From contig OY970261.1 in the NCBI GenBank assembly GCA_963715635.1, positions 3,121,011 through 3,185,010 of the forward strand: a stretch of DNA of 64,000 nucleotides, in the 5' to 3' direction. The notes below the pieces were generated by a model. That model worked only from the letters and a program-made list of their open reading frames with translations, was not told the DNA's origin and ran no database searches. The position numbers were made by a program, and so were the translations under genes. The stretch is from Candidatus Aminicenantes bacterium (GTDB taxonomy: Bacteria > Acidobacteriota > Aminicenantia > Aminicenantales > UBA4085). This document shows positions 9,002 to 18,949 of this stretch, in pieces. Numbering within the stretch: the first letter of the stretch is position 1; every line of letters begins with the position of its first letter.

Positions 9002-9514
9002 ATGACTAGGATGAGACATGTGTTCAGTATGGTTCTGCTGGTGGCCGCAAGTGTCAGCCTTCCTCTGAGGGCCGAAGGGCTCCATGAGAAGCTGACTTTT
9101 CTCGAACCCCTCCTGGGCCGACCCTGGCAGGGGGAGTTTACACTGCCAGACGGCAAGCGAACGCTCCGGATTACTCAGGCGTATGAGGCTCTGTGGAACG
9201 GCAAGGTGATCCACTATACCCGCTCTATTCCCGACTTTCCCTTCTTCCTCGAAGGGTACATCTATTGGGACGTGAACGAACAGAAGGTCTGCCTGATGAA
9301 TATCAACAGCCGCGGCAACGCCGACCGGGGTATAGTCACCCTGGAAGAAGGCAAAATCACCGTTGGCGGTCGGATGACCATGAATGGGAAGACATACGAT
9401 TACCGCAATACCTTCGAAGTCAGCGCCGATGGCAAACTGACCGACCGCTTTTTTCAGAACATGACGGGGTCCTGGCAACCGGGTCATGTGATCGAGTTTG
9501 TCAGGGGCAAATGA
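9002..9514 (+). CDS. Hypothetical secreted protein
   Basis: ATG at 9002 preceded by GGAGG. Signal peptide MTRMRHVFSMVLLVAASVSLPLRA. No family recognised. Confidence 0.5.
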   Translation: MTRMRHVFSMVLLVAASVSLPLRAEGLHEKLTFLEPLLGRPWQGEFTLPDGKRTLRITQAYEALWNGKVIHYTRSIPDFPFFLEGYIYWDVNEQKVCLMNINSRGNADRGIVTLEEGKITVGGRMTMNGKTYDYRNTFEVSADGKLTDRFFQNMTGSWQPGHVIEFVRGK

Positions 9515-9641
9515 TCACAAAAGCACATCGTAACGTACTATCGGACGCCCGACCAGCCTTCCTCGCTTCCCAGGTGATGGATCGATTACGGGCAACATTC
9601 ATGTTATCCATTTTGAAGTGTAATTAGGAAACATGAATGTT

Positions 9642-9770
9642 ATGAAGAAAAACAAAATATCAAAGAAATTAATCGCGATTTGCGGAATGGACTGTCATCT
9701 CTGCAGTGCATATAAAAGAAAGAAAAATGGTTGTCTTGGATGTAGAGAGAAAATTGGATTAAAGGGATAA
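9642..9770 (+). pseudogene. Truncated DUF3795-like Cys-rich protein gene fragment
   Basis: 42-aa ORF MKKNKISKKLIAICGMDCHLCSAYKRKKNGCLGCREKIGLKG. It matches the N-terminal CGxxCxxCxxY...CxGC pattern but stops early. AT-rich context. Confidence 0.35.
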
Positions 9771-9850
9771 GATAACATGATGATGTGACGCACCTCCTCG
9801 GGGAGTTTGATAGACTCCCCATTGGAACATGTTATTTAGGAGGTGCACAG

Positions 9851-9949
9851 ATGAATTATGTCGGTATTGACCATCATCGTCAATACTCGCACATCACCTG
9901 GCTGGATGAGAATTTGGTTTTCGGCTGTGGTGGCCGAAAGAGCCCTTAA
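9851..9949 (+). pseudogene. IS110-family transposase N-terminal fragment
   Basis: MNYVGIDHHRQYSHITWLDENLVF after AGGAGG resembles the IS110 N-terminus. Ends after 32 codons where the IS91-like downstream region begins. Confidence 0.4.
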
Positions 9950-10108
9950 TAACGCCCATTTGCTCGTCCAACCGTCGTGAGGAAGTATAAATCACGACAA
10001 AAAGAGGTGTCAAGAAAAGCTTAAGGGCGCAGGGTATGGCCGCATAGCCATCCGAGGTGCTAAAGCGTCGGAAATCGGCCGGACCTCTTCTCCCGGTCAA
10101 AAAGAGAA

Positions 10109-11170
10109 TCACGAAAAATACTCGCCGCCGGCCTCAGCAGCGATCAGGACTTCCTGGCAGGCGATATGAGGCGGCGGTGGCTTGTCTGCGACAAAAGTCA
10201 GCTTCAGGTGGTTGATAATCCGGTCCACGGCCCGATAATCGGTGATGAAGGCGACGACCTTCATCACTCCCCCGCATTTGGGGCAGGTCATCGGGTCCAC
10301 CTCATAGAAGACCTTGCGGATCATCTTGGCCCAGCCCTTGGAGGGGATGGGCCGGAGCTCCTCCTCCACCATCCGGAGAGGGAAAGCCTCCAGGCTCGCC
10401 TTCTTGACCTTCCCTCGATGGGCGTTGGCGCAGAGGCCGTAATAACGAATTGTCACTTGCCCCTTGTCGGGGATATGGGAGGTCACCCGAGCGATGAACT
10501 CCAGGTAGTCCATTCGCTCCACCTCTTGGGTGTCTTTCCCATAGCGGTAGATCACCTTGCCCTCTTTCACATCGAAAAACAGGCGCTCCAAGGATAAAAG
10601 AGGCCGGATCATGTATTTACCCACCCGCTCGGCCTCCGGTTTGGTCTTGGCCCGGACGAGACTGTGAACGTTGAAGCCGGTATGCTGCCAGGAGAGAAGG
10701 CGTTCCGCCCATTCGGAGCTGAGGAGTTCCTTGCGGACAAGATCGGCCAGGACCTCGCGGGCAAAGAGTGAAGCCAGCCGCGAGTCGTCGATCCGGGGGA
10801 TCTTATGGAAGAGGCCCGCCCCGTTCACTCCGCCCTCGGTCACCAGGAAATGGAGGTGGGGGTGAAGATTGATCCGGTCGCCGAATGTCTGAACGGCGGC
10901 GATGACTCCGGGCATAAGCTCGCTCCCCGTGACAGCCTCAAAATAACGGGTCAGGGAGCGGAGAGCGCAGGGGCAAAGCTCCCCCAGGAGCCGGCGTTTG
11001 AACTTGAAGAAAACCCGCAGCATCTTGGGAATCGTAAAGACCACCTGGCGGTGCGGAACGTCAAGAAGGAGCGTCTCCCGCATCCACTCGCCCCACTCCT
11101 CAAGACGCTTAGCATGGCAGGACGGACAGAAGCCCCGCGTCTTGCAGGAAAACGTGAGCAGATGTTCCAA
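10109..11170 (-). CDS. IS91-family (rolling-circle, HUH/Y2) transposase, probably N-terminally truncated
   Basis: 353 aa. Zn-binding segment SCKTRGFCPSCHAKR then VPHRQVVFTIPKMLR. HUH-like NLHPHLHFLVTEGG. C-terminal CPKCGG. The first CxxC pair of the zinc-binding domain is missing and there is an in-frame stop just upstream. Confidence 0.7.
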   Translation of the reverse strand: MEHLLTFSCKTRGFCPSCHAKRLEEWGEWMRETLLLDVPHRQVVFTIPKMLRVFFKFKRRLLGELCPCALRSLTRYFEAVTGSELMPGVIAAVQTFGDRINLHPHLHFLVTEGGVNGAGLFHKIPRIDDSRLASLFAREVLADLVRKELLSSEWAERLLSWQHTGFNVHSLVRAKTKPEAERVGKYMIRPLLSLERLFFDVKEGKVIYRYGKDTQEVERMDYLEFIARVTSHIPDKGQVTIRYYGLCANAHRGKVKKASLEAFPLRMVEEELRPIPSKGWAKMIRKVFYEVDPMTCPKCGGVMKVVAFITDYRAVDRIINHLKLTFVADKPPPPHIACQEVLIAAEAGGEYFS

Positions 11171-11318
11171 GAAACCGCTAAGCCCGTTGTTATTTTCAAG
11201 AGCTTTTTCCCCCTCCTACCCCAATATTAAAAGTGATTGACGGTCACTTCTCGGCTTTCTTGACTTCATTCGCAGCCGAGGCTATGATTTTTCCCAGCGA
11301 ACAGGTAAAGAGAAATCC

Positions 11319-12806
11319 ATGGTCTCTCGAAGGATAGCCAGGCTTGCGCTCCTCATCGTTTCAGGCTTCTTAACCGTATTCGTCTTTATCTCATGCAGGG
11401 AAAGAAACACCGTCCGAACTGACCAGGCCTGGCTGGATTCTCTATTCGAGCAGGGCAGGGCATTGTTTTACCAGACCATCCGCCAAGAGATCTCGATTCA
11501 TCCTCAGCGCTCCCAGCTTAGCCCGGTTGAGATTCTAAAGATAGAGGAAGCTCAAACTCGCTACGGCAAGCTTTATGAAATTCTGGTCAATGTTTTCTAT
11601 CAAAAAGACGAGCCCATTTTTTCGGCCTTCCTCTTGAAGCAGGATAAGACGTCCCGCCGGCGCTTCACCAAGATGTACCTCGAGCTCGCCCGCTTTTCCG
11701 GCCGCATGTTTGTCAAAGCGTTTTTCACCACGGATTTTTCCACCGACCTCGTGCGCAAGCTCATTCCCGCTTATAAAACCCTTGATGCCGTCGACCTGGT
11801 CGTACGGTCTGTCGGCTATAATGCCAGGCTTGATCCTCCTCCCCAGCGGGAGTTTTTCAACAATCCTTTGAGTCCCGAATTTGAACGTCAGGGAGCTCTT
11901 GACGGAGCCCGCTTCAGGGAAGCTCACAAGATTACGCGCGGGAAAGGGGCAAAAATTGCCATCCTGGATTCCGGAATCGATGAGAGCCACTCTATTTTCA
12001 AAGATACAAAATGGGGAAAGAATTGGAGTTTGGTCGGCCGCACCGGGAAACCCTGGGCGGCCGAGGCTTCCCTTGTCGATTGGGGATGGCATGGAACACT
12101 CATTTCCTCCGTTGCCGCCCGCTACGCCCCCGAGGCTCAGCTGACCGTGTACAAAGTCCTGGACGGCGACACGCAGAACGACCCGCCTTACCAGCTCCTG
12201 CTGCAATGTTTTCTGGCCGCCGGAATTTACCGCGCTGTTTACGACGGAAACGATATCATCAGCATCAGCGCCTCGGGTGCAGGCGTAGATATCGATTACC
12301 TCAGGGAAGCGTGTCAATATGCTTACAGCCGGAACTGCATCCTGGTCAGTGGCGCGCTTTACAGTCGATGGTTTAAGCAGGGCAATGTCCTGAACTTCCC
12401 CGGGCAGTATAAGACCGTGGTTTCGGTGACGGCGGCCCGGAAAAAGCCGGATGGCACATATGGCTACTGGGATGTCTGTGCCGCTCAGGAGACAAATACC
12501 GTCGCCGCGCCCAACGATATTTTTGGCGCCTTCCCGACATATGTGGGGGAGAAAGATAAATACATTCCGAGCATCTCTGCGGCCATCCCGGTTGTGTCAT
12601 CTCTCTTTGCCCTCCTGGTTTCCGTCTATCCCAAGCCGGGGAATGAAGCTCCGGGAACATACGGGCAGATCCTGATGGATCTCGTCACCAAAAACGCAAG
12701 CCCGGAGCGCGTCGGCTTCAATAGATTTTCCCCGGAGTGCGGCTACGGCCTCATCGATGCTGAAAAGACGGTGATGGCCGCCCTTGAGTTGAAGAAGAGG
12801 CGCTAG
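11319..12806 (+). CDS. S8-family (subtilisin-like) serine peptidase, probable lipoprotein
   Basis: 495 aa. Signal ending in FISC. GKGAKIAILDSGID (Asp), GWHGTLISS (His). The Ser motif is degenerate (PSISAAIP). Confidence 0.55.
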   Translation: MVSRRIARLALLIVSGFLTVFVFISCRERNTVRTDQAWLDSLFEQGRALFYQTIRQEISIHPQRSQLSPVEILKIEEAQTRYGKLYEILVNVFYQKDEPIFSAFLLKQDKTSRRRFTKMYLELARFSGRMFVKAFFTTDFSTDLVRKLIPAYKTLDAVDLVVRSVGYNARLDPPPQREFFNNPLSPEFERQGALDGARFREAHKITRGKGAKIAILDSGIDESHSIFKDTKWGKNWSLVGRTGKPWAAEASLVDWGWHGTLISSVAARYAPEAQLTVYKVLDGDTQNDPPYQLLLQCFLAAGIYRAVYDGNDIISISASGAGVDIDYLREACQYAYSRNCILVSGALYSRWFKQGNVLNFPGQYKTVVSVTAARKKPDGTYGYWDVCAAQETNTVAAPNDIFGAFPTYVGEKDKYIPSISAAIPVVSSLFALLVSVYPKPGNEAPGTYGQILMDLVTKNASPERVGFNRFSPECGYGLIDAEKTVMAALELKKRR

Positions 12807-15800
12807 CTCGAAAGCAATTTCTTATACTCTTTGATGAGGCGCTGGGCCGAGATAGGATGTGCGGTCCGGAGCTCGGGAGCAAACAGCGATACCTTGAACT
12901 CTTCGATCATCCACCGGAATTCCTCGATTGCCTGCCTCTTCTCCGGCGATGCTCTGGCAGAAACGGACTGCTCCATTTTCAAAAGGGCCGTGGAAAAGCT
13001 CTCCACTTGGGCTGCCTTGTTCCTGTCTTTCTGGGGGTCATTTTTGGCTCTTGCCGCCCGCAACTCCTTGGCTTCTAGATAACGCGGCAGATGGATCAGT
13101 CTATCGAGCCGGTAAATCTCCAAAAAATTTTTCGGGACGAGCTTATCCAAGTCGAGCCGGATTTCGGCGCAAATCGCCCCAAGGACCTTGTTCGCTGGAT
13201 CGGTTTTCTCGCTGGCATAGAGCTCGGCGCGAAGCTTTTGATAAGCGGCCAGGACCTTGATGGTTGCCTCCAGGATCTGGTGGCCTTTCTCAAAAAGCCC
13301 CTTGACGACCGTCTCGGAATAAGCCCGAAAATCTTCTGGGGAGCGCAGGTTCCTTTGGAAGACCTCGGTCTTGAGGTTTTCGGTCATCATTTTTCGAACG
13401 GCCTCTTCTCCGCCGAAATAGAGGGCCGCTTTCAAATATTCCGGCGCCAGGCCAAGGTATCGCTCCACGAATTTCAGGTCTTTTGAAAACTTCAACAGGA
13501 GAAGGAGTTGCACTCCTTTCATATGAGAGGCCTTCGCCTCCTCGCCCGTCTTGAAGAGCCGGATGTTGACATGGTTTTCGGCCGCCTCAAGGCCCGGATA
13601 AGCGATTGTCGACGGCCCGATGGCGACGAGCTCGGGCAGATCGCCAAAATCCCAGGCCGCGATCCCGGTCCGTTCATATTTCTCCTTCGCTTTTCTCCAT
13701 ACCTCGGGATCCTGGGCCGCGGTTTCCGCGGCCTCCTTTCGCAGCCGCCGCAGCGCCTCCAAGTCCCTGCCTGCCGCTAATTCTTTTCCTTGAAGATCGG
13801 TGACGGCCAGGCGTACCTTTAAATGTTTCGGAATGTCCACCCGAGCCCATTCGTCTTCGGGGATTTCCGCCCGGAATCGCCGCTTGACGAACTGAGACAA
13901 GGCTGAAAAAAGGGAATCTTCCACCCTCGGCATTTCTTTGGCGATGATATCGACCGTATCGCTTACCGGCACAAGCAGCTTCCGGTATCGTTTGGGAAGC
14001 CCCTTGATGAGGGCCGTGATTTTCTCCTTGAAAAATCCGGGCACGCCCCAATCCAACGGCTCCGCCGGAACGGCTGAGATCAGCCGAGCCGGAATTCTCA
14101 GAGTGACACCGTCCTCGTCCTCGCCCGGAGCAAACCGATACGAAGCCTTGAATTGCATGCCTGCCAAGTCCATCGCGTCCGGGAAGGGTTCCAACTCCGC
14201 GGCATCGGGAAAAGACCGGAGAAGGTCCCGTTCGCGCATCTTCAGAAATTCTTCGCTCCCCCGCTTCCGGATTCTTTCTTTCAGCCCGCGAATGTCATAA
14301 ATACCCGGCAATCGTCTTGAATAGAATTCCGCGATGGCATCTTCGCCGATCAAGATGTCCCGACGCCTGAGTTTTTCTTCCATCGTTGAAAGCCGTTTGT
14401 GCAAATCCAGGTTGTGTTTAAGGAAATCGAATTGCTCTTTGACGGATCCTGAGACGAGCGCGGAGCGGACAAATATGTTATGGGCTTCCTCGGGTTTAAT
14501 CGGGCCGAATGGGACCCATCTTCCAGCGACGATCTCGAGGCCAAAAAGTGTGACCCGCTCTTCTGCGCAGACCTCTCCGCGGCTCTTATCCCAGCGTGGA
14601 TTGGAATGAGAATAGCAGCAGAGGTCGCCGCCCAACGGCTCCAGCCATTCGGCGCTTATCCTGGCGGAGGTCCTGGCAAAAAGCCTGGAGGTTTTGACCA
14701 TATCGGCAGCGACTATCCAGGATGCGGATTTATTGAAAAGCGTGGAGCCGGGAAAGGCCATCACTTCGCGGCCCTTGGCCGCTTGATAAATATTCTTTTC
14801 TTTGTGGACGGCGATATTCGAAAGGTACCCGCTCAGGATGGACTTGTGGATGGCGGCATAGAGGGATTTGGACATCTCGGCTTTATGCGGGCGTCCCGGC
14901 GGAATTCTTAGCTCTTTCAGAATCTCCACGATCTGATCGTGGATGTAAACCCACTCCCTCATCCGGGGGTAGGACAGAAAATGTTCCTGGCAGAATTTGC
15001 GCTTCCTGTTCTGGGTCGTCAGCTCTTTCCATTCACCGTGATATTTATTCCAAATATTGAGGAGCGTCAGGAAATCCGAGTCGGGGTCGCGAAAGGGCAG
15101 ATGCATGGCATCGGCCTGCGCCACTTTGTCGGGCGGTCGTTCGCGGGGGTCGCGGATGCTTAGGGCGGAAGCGATAACGGCGACTTCTCCCAGGCAATTT
15201 TCCTTTTGGGCTTCGAGCAACATGCGCGAGAGCCGCGGATCCAGGGGCACCCGGGCCATGCGACGTCCCCTGTCCGTTAGGACAAAATCCCGGCCTTTTT
15301 CCCGAATCGCATCGAGCTCAATCAGGGTCTGATAGCCATCCTCGATGTTCCTGGCGAACGGCCTATCGACGAAGGGAAATTGGGACGGATGTCCAAGCTT
15401 GAGGTCCATCATGCGCAGGATCACTTCGGCTAGGTTCGACCTCAGGATCTCGGGCAGCGTGAATTGCGGCCGGGACTCAAAATCGTCCTCGGAATACAAC
15501 CGGACGCAAAATCCCTTCTGAACGCGACCGCACCGGCCTTTTCTTTGGTCGGCACTGCTTTTGGAGATAGGACGAATAGGGAGGCTGTTAATGCGGGCGC
15601 CGGGCAGATACTGGGACATTCGCGCCAGCCCCGTGTCTATGACATATCTAATGCCCGGAATGGTGAGAGAAGTCTCGGCCACATTTGTGGCTACAACGAT
15701 TTTCGGGCCGGTGACGGAATAGACCCGGCCCTGCTGGCTGCCCGGCAGCCTCGCGTAGAGGGGCAAGATGGTGACGCCGGAATATTTCCTTCCTTCCAAG

Positions 15801-16579
15801 AGCGCACAGGTTTCCAAGATATCCTGCTCTGTAGGCATGAAAATGAGAATATCGCCGGGGGATTTTTCGGCTTTGAGGTAATTCACGGCTTCCACGGCCA
15901 TATCCACATAGTCGTCCTCATCCACGTTCGCAGTCTCGGGACCGGCCGGCCTGTATTCGACCTCCACCGGATAAAGACGACCGCTCACCTCCAAGACCGG
16001 AGGCTGATCAAACGCATTCGTAAATTTTTCAATGTCGAGGGTGGCCGAGGTGATAATGAGTTTGAGGTCCGGCCGGACCGGGAGCAGTGTCTTGGCGATA
16101 CCCAACAAAAAATCGATATTCAGGCTGCGCTCATGGGCCTCGTCAATGATGAGCGTGTCATATTCGTAGAGCTTGGGATCGGACTGCGTTTCGGCCAAGA
16201 GCATGCCGTCTGTCACGATCTTGATGAACGCATCGGGTGACGTCTTGTCATCAAAGCGGATTTTATAGCCGACGGAGCGGCCGATCGCTTCGCCCAATTC
16301 TTCAGCGATCCGGTGGGCGATAGTGATGGCGGCAATCCGTCGAGGCTGGGTGCAGCCGACCTTGCCGAGGATCCCGCGGCCGGCCTCCAAACACATTTTC
16401 GGGATTTGGGTGCTTTTGCCACAGCCCGTTTCGCCGGAAATAATAACGACCTGGTGTTTTTGGATGGCGCGAACGATCTCGCCCCGCTTGGCCGTGATCG
16501 GGAGCTCGGGGGGGTACGCGAGGGCAAGCCGGCGACTGAGTTTCGACCTTTGTTCAGGCGAAGGCAATTCCGGACCCAT
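12803..16579 (-). CDS. hrpA: ATP-dependent RNA helicase HrpA (DEAH-box)
   Basis: 1258 aa. GETGCGKST Walker A, DEAHERS, helicase C-terminal motifs, and the long HrpA C-terminal extension. Confidence 0.9.
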   Translation of the reverse strand: MGPELPSPEQRSKLSRRLALAYPPELPITAKRGEIVRAIQKHQVVIISGETGCGKSTQIPKMCLEAGRGILGKVGCTQPRRIAAITIAHRIAEELGEAIGRSVGYKIRFDDKTSPDAFIKIVTDGMLLAETQSDPKLYEYDTLIIDEAHERSLNIDFLLGIAKTLLPVRPDLKLIITSATLDIEKFTNAFDQPPVLEVSGRLYPVEVEYRPAGPETANVDEDDYVDMAVEAVNYLKAEKSPGDILIFMPTEQDILETCALLEGRKYSGVTILPLYARLPGSQQGRVYSVTGPKIVVATNVAETSLTIPGIRYVIDTGLARMSQYLPGARINSLPIRPISKSSADQRKGRCGRVQKGFCVRLYSEDDFESRPQFTLPEILRSNLAEVILRMMDLKLGHPSQFPFVDRPFARNIEDGYQTLIELDAIREKGRDFVLTDRGRRMARVPLDPRLSRMLLEAQKENCLGEVAVIASALSIRDPRERPPDKVAQADAMHLPFRDPDSDFLTLLNIWNKYHGEWKELTTQNRKRKFCQEHFLSYPRMREWVYIHDQIVEILKELRIPPGRPHKAEMSKSLYAAIHKSILSGYLSNIAVHKEKNIYQAAKGREVMAFPGSTLFNKSASWIVAADMVKTSRLFARTSARISAEWLEPLGGDLCCYSHSNPRWDKSRGEVCAEERVTLFGLEIVAGRWVPFGPIKPEEAHNIFVRSALVSGSVKEQFDFLKHNLDLHKRLSTMEEKLRRRDILIGEDAIAEFYSRRLPGIYDIRGLKERIRKRGSEEFLKMRERDLLRSFPDAAELEPFPDAMDLAGMQFKASYRFAPGEDEDGVTLRIPARLISAVPAEPLDWGVPGFFKEKITALIKGLPKRYRKLLVPVSDTVDIIAKEMPRVEDSLFSALSQFVKRRFRAEIPEDEWARVDIPKHLKVRLAVTDLQGKELAAGRDLEALRRLRKEAAETAAQDPEVWRKAKEKYERTGIAAWDFGDLPELVAIGPSTIAYPGLEAAENHVNIRLFKTGEEAKASHMKGVQLLLLLKFSKDLKFVERYLGLAPEYLKAALYFGGEEAVRKMMTENLKTEVFQRNLRSPEDFRAYSETVVKGLFEKGHQILEATIKVLAAYQKLRAELYASEKTDPANKVLGAICAEIRLDLDKLVPKNFLEIYRLDRLIHLPRYLEAKELRAARAKNDPQKDRNKAAQVESFSTALLKMEQSVSARASPEKRQAIEEFRWMIEEFKVSLFAPELRTAHPISAQRLIKEYKKLLSS

Positions 16580-16803
16580 AAAAGAATTCTAAATGACTTC
16601 TGGAATGGGTGCAAATTATTTGAACGGCAAGCAGGCTCGGGCCTTGAATTCTTCAAAAAATGCGCTATACTGTCTTAGGAAATAAGATTTGTCTCATTTT
16701 CAGGACAAGTCGTCATGACGCAAAGCAAAGGGTCAGCCCAAAATCAGGCTTAATCATAATTGGCATGAATATTGCTAAAACTATTATAGGAAGGAGAAGG
16801 AAG

Positions 16804-17964
16804 ATGAAAAAATGCCTTTTGATGGTTTCCGCCATGATCATTCTCTCAGTGAGCTGTATGCTCTATGTCCCCGCCGATGATGTTCGCTATCCCAGCCGGG
16901 CCGGCGGTTATTACAATGAGCCCGCGCAGAATTATTCGGATGTAGACGTTTCTTATTTTTATAATTATCTCTCTCCCTACGGATCGTGGGTTTCTATGCG
17001 GCCGTACGGATATGTCTGGATCCCCCGCCATATGGGATACCGCTGGCGTCCCTACACATACGGCCGCTGGGGCTGGACGGATTACGGTTGGACCTGGATC
17101 TCCGAGTATGAGTGGGGGTGGATTCCTTTCCACTACGGCCGCTGGGGCTGGGACAATGACTTCGGCTGGTTCTGGGTGCCCGGAACGGTCTGGGGACCGG
17201 CCTGGGTCATCTGGCGGTCCAGCGACCTCTATATGGGATGGGCTCCTCTTCCACCGGACGCCGAATTCGGGATGGGCGTGGGTCTTTCAGGGTATTTTGA
17301 CATTCCTGACCATTACTGGATTTTCATCGAAGGCCGATATTTCCTCGAGCCACACCTTTACACGCATGCGCTTCCCTACGAGCGGAATTTGACGATCGTC
17401 CGCTATACAACAGTTCACAAGAACATCCTTGTCCGCGACAACCGGATCATCAATGAGGGGATTGACCTGAATCTCATCCGGAATGTCACAAGAAAGAACA
17501 TCACCAGAGAGGTGATTAGGGATGAACCGCGGCCCGGCCTGACCAGGGTGGGCGCCGGAGAGGTCCGGATCTACCGGCCGGCCATCAAGCAGGATGATCG
17601 CGCCAAGCCGAAAGAATATTTAGAGCCGGAGGAGGCGCGGGTCAAGCTGTCCAGGGCGAAGATCTTTGAGGCCGGCCCTCGAAGCACGGCAGCCGAAGAA
17701 ACGACCATCCTGAAGAAACGCCATGTCCAGGAAGAACGGCTCCTGGAAAAAACGCAGTCGGATGAGATTAGGCAGATGAGGCTCAAAATGCAGACCCAGC
17801 AGCAGAAGGTCAGGCAGCCCGCCGAAAAAGAGAAAATAAGAAAAGATATGGAATCCACGATTTCGGACCTGCAAAAGAAACACGCGGACGAAAAGAGGCA
17901 GCTCTCGGAACGCCAGAAGAAGGACGTGGAAGAGGTCGTCAAGCGGAAGATTAAAAAGGATTGA
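16804..17964 (+). CDS. Secreted Trp-rich repeat protein with Lys/Glu/Arg-rich coiled-coil C-terminus
   Basis: ATG at 16804 after AGGAAGGAGAAGG. Signal (possibly lipoprotein) MKKCLLMVSAMIILSVSC. Repeats YGYVWIPRHMGYRWRPYTYGRWGW and WIPFHYGRWGWDNDFGWFWVPGTVWGPAWVIW. C-terminus is K/E/R/Q-rich. Confidence 0.6.
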   Translation: MKKCLLMVSAMIILSVSCMLYVPADDVRYPSRAGGYYNEPAQNYSDVDVSYFYNYLSPYGSWVSMRPYGYVWIPRHMGYRWRPYTYGRWGWTDYGWTWISEYEWGWIPFHYGRWGWDNDFGWFWVPGTVWGPAWVIWRSSDLYMGWAPLPPDAEFGMGVGLSGYFDIPDHYWIFIEGRYFLEPHLYTHALPYERNLTIVRYTTVHKNILVRDNRIINEGIDLNLIRNVTRKNITREVIRDEPRPGLTRVGAGEVRIYRPAIKQDDRAKPKEYLEPEEARVKLSRAKIFEAGPRSTAAEETTILKKRHVQEERLLEKTQSDEIRQMRLKMQTQQQKVRQPAEKEKIRKDMESTISDLQKKHADEKRQLSERQKKDVEEVVKRKIKKD

Positions 17965-17980
17965 CCGGCGCAAATAGCGG

Positions 17981-18535
17981 CTATCTGTAAACGAAAAACC
18001 CGAGCACGGCGGCGCCGAAGATGACCAGGACCGGATGAATCCTGGTTAGCGTGAGCAGGGCGAACGCCACCAGCACAATCAGGATTTTATCCCAGCCGCC
18101 AATAAGCGCCGAGCTCCATCCCAGCTTTTTCGCCGAAAAAACTCCGTAGGCCATATCATAGGCCGTCCACAGCAGAAAGCCGACGACGACCGGGCGAACG
18201 GCCTGAAGCATAGATTTCACGGCGGGGCTATCCTTGATGCCGAAGAAATAAACAATCATCAACAGCATCAAGATCGTCGCGGGAAGCACCGTCCCGGCCA
18301 CCGCGGATATGGCGCCCGGAATTCCGGCCAGCTTATAACCGATATAGGCAGAAACCTGCGGAGCAATTGGACCCGGCAGGGCATTGCTGATGGCGACCGC
18401 ATCCGCGAATTCCTCGGACGTTGCCCAACCGACCGTGGTCACTTCCCTCTGCATCAAGGCCAACGACGCCGGTCCCCCGCCCCAGGAAAATAGGGCCACT
18501 CGGCTGAACAGGACGAATATTTTCAATAACAACAT
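17981..18535 (-). CDS. Chromate transporter (ChrA) family protein, single short-type domain
   Basis: 184 aa, about 6 TM segments. Resembles short ChrA. No partner half-gene adjacent. Confidence 0.6.
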   Translation of the reverse strand: MLLLKIFVLFSRVALFSWGGGPASLALMQREVTTVGWATSEEFADAVAISNALPGPIAPQVSAYIGYKLAGIPGAISAVAGTVLPATILMLLMIVYFFGIKDSPAVKSMLQAVRPVVVGFLLWTAYDMAYGVFSAKKLGWSSALIGGWDKILIVLVAFALLTLTRIHPVLVIFGAAVLGFFVYR

Positions 18536-18588
18536 GGGCTCTCCTTATTCGAAAATATTCTACACTGACCAAAAGGGGACGGACAAGG

Positions 18589-18906
18589 CTATTGACGGAA
18601 GCGAACCGCCCATTCCCCGCTTGCCAGCTCCTGGAGCTTGACGATTCCTCGACGCGTCTTGCAGGTAAAGGCCTCTAGTCCCTTCTCGGAGCGAGCATAA
18701 AAAGTCCGTTTTCTGGAGAGAATTTCTTCGACGGCGATCTCTTCGTTATCGATGATAATCGACCGGGGAGTCTCTTCGCCCTTGTATCCGGAATAAAAAA
18801 GGACCTTGACCTTAACGGTTGGCTTGCTCTTCACGAGTTCCCTCGCGAGTGTGACTCCTTGCGCATTTTTCCCAAAGGCAGGGATCACTAGCCCCCATGA
18901 GCGCAA
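18589..18906 (-). CDS. Hypothetical protein
   Basis: 105-aa ORF on the same strand and tightly spaced after the upstream Fe-S gene. No family recognised. Confidence 0.35.
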   Translation of the reverse strand: MRSWGLVIPAFGKNAQGVTLARELVKSKPTVKVKVLFYSGYKGEETPRSIIIDNEEIAVEEILSRKRTFYARSEKGLEAFTCKTRRGIVKLQELASGEWAVRFRQ

Positions 18907-18949
18907 ATGGCTCGAAAAGAAGATGTCCCTTGCATGCGGGTGGCCTTTA

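Noticed and set aside
9594-9641. Pair of 12-nt elements AACATTCATGTT / AACATGAATGTT that are reverse complements of each other
   Set aside because: Short, AT-rich, and each is only a 5-bp-arm near-palindrome. They could be a decayed IS end, but there is no supporting transposase or TSD. Evidence too weak.
15464-16240. 258-aa + strand ORF and several 60-140-aa ORFs within 12803-16579
   Set aside because: All lie inside and antisense or out of frame to hrpA, which is strongly supported by DEAH-helicase motifs.
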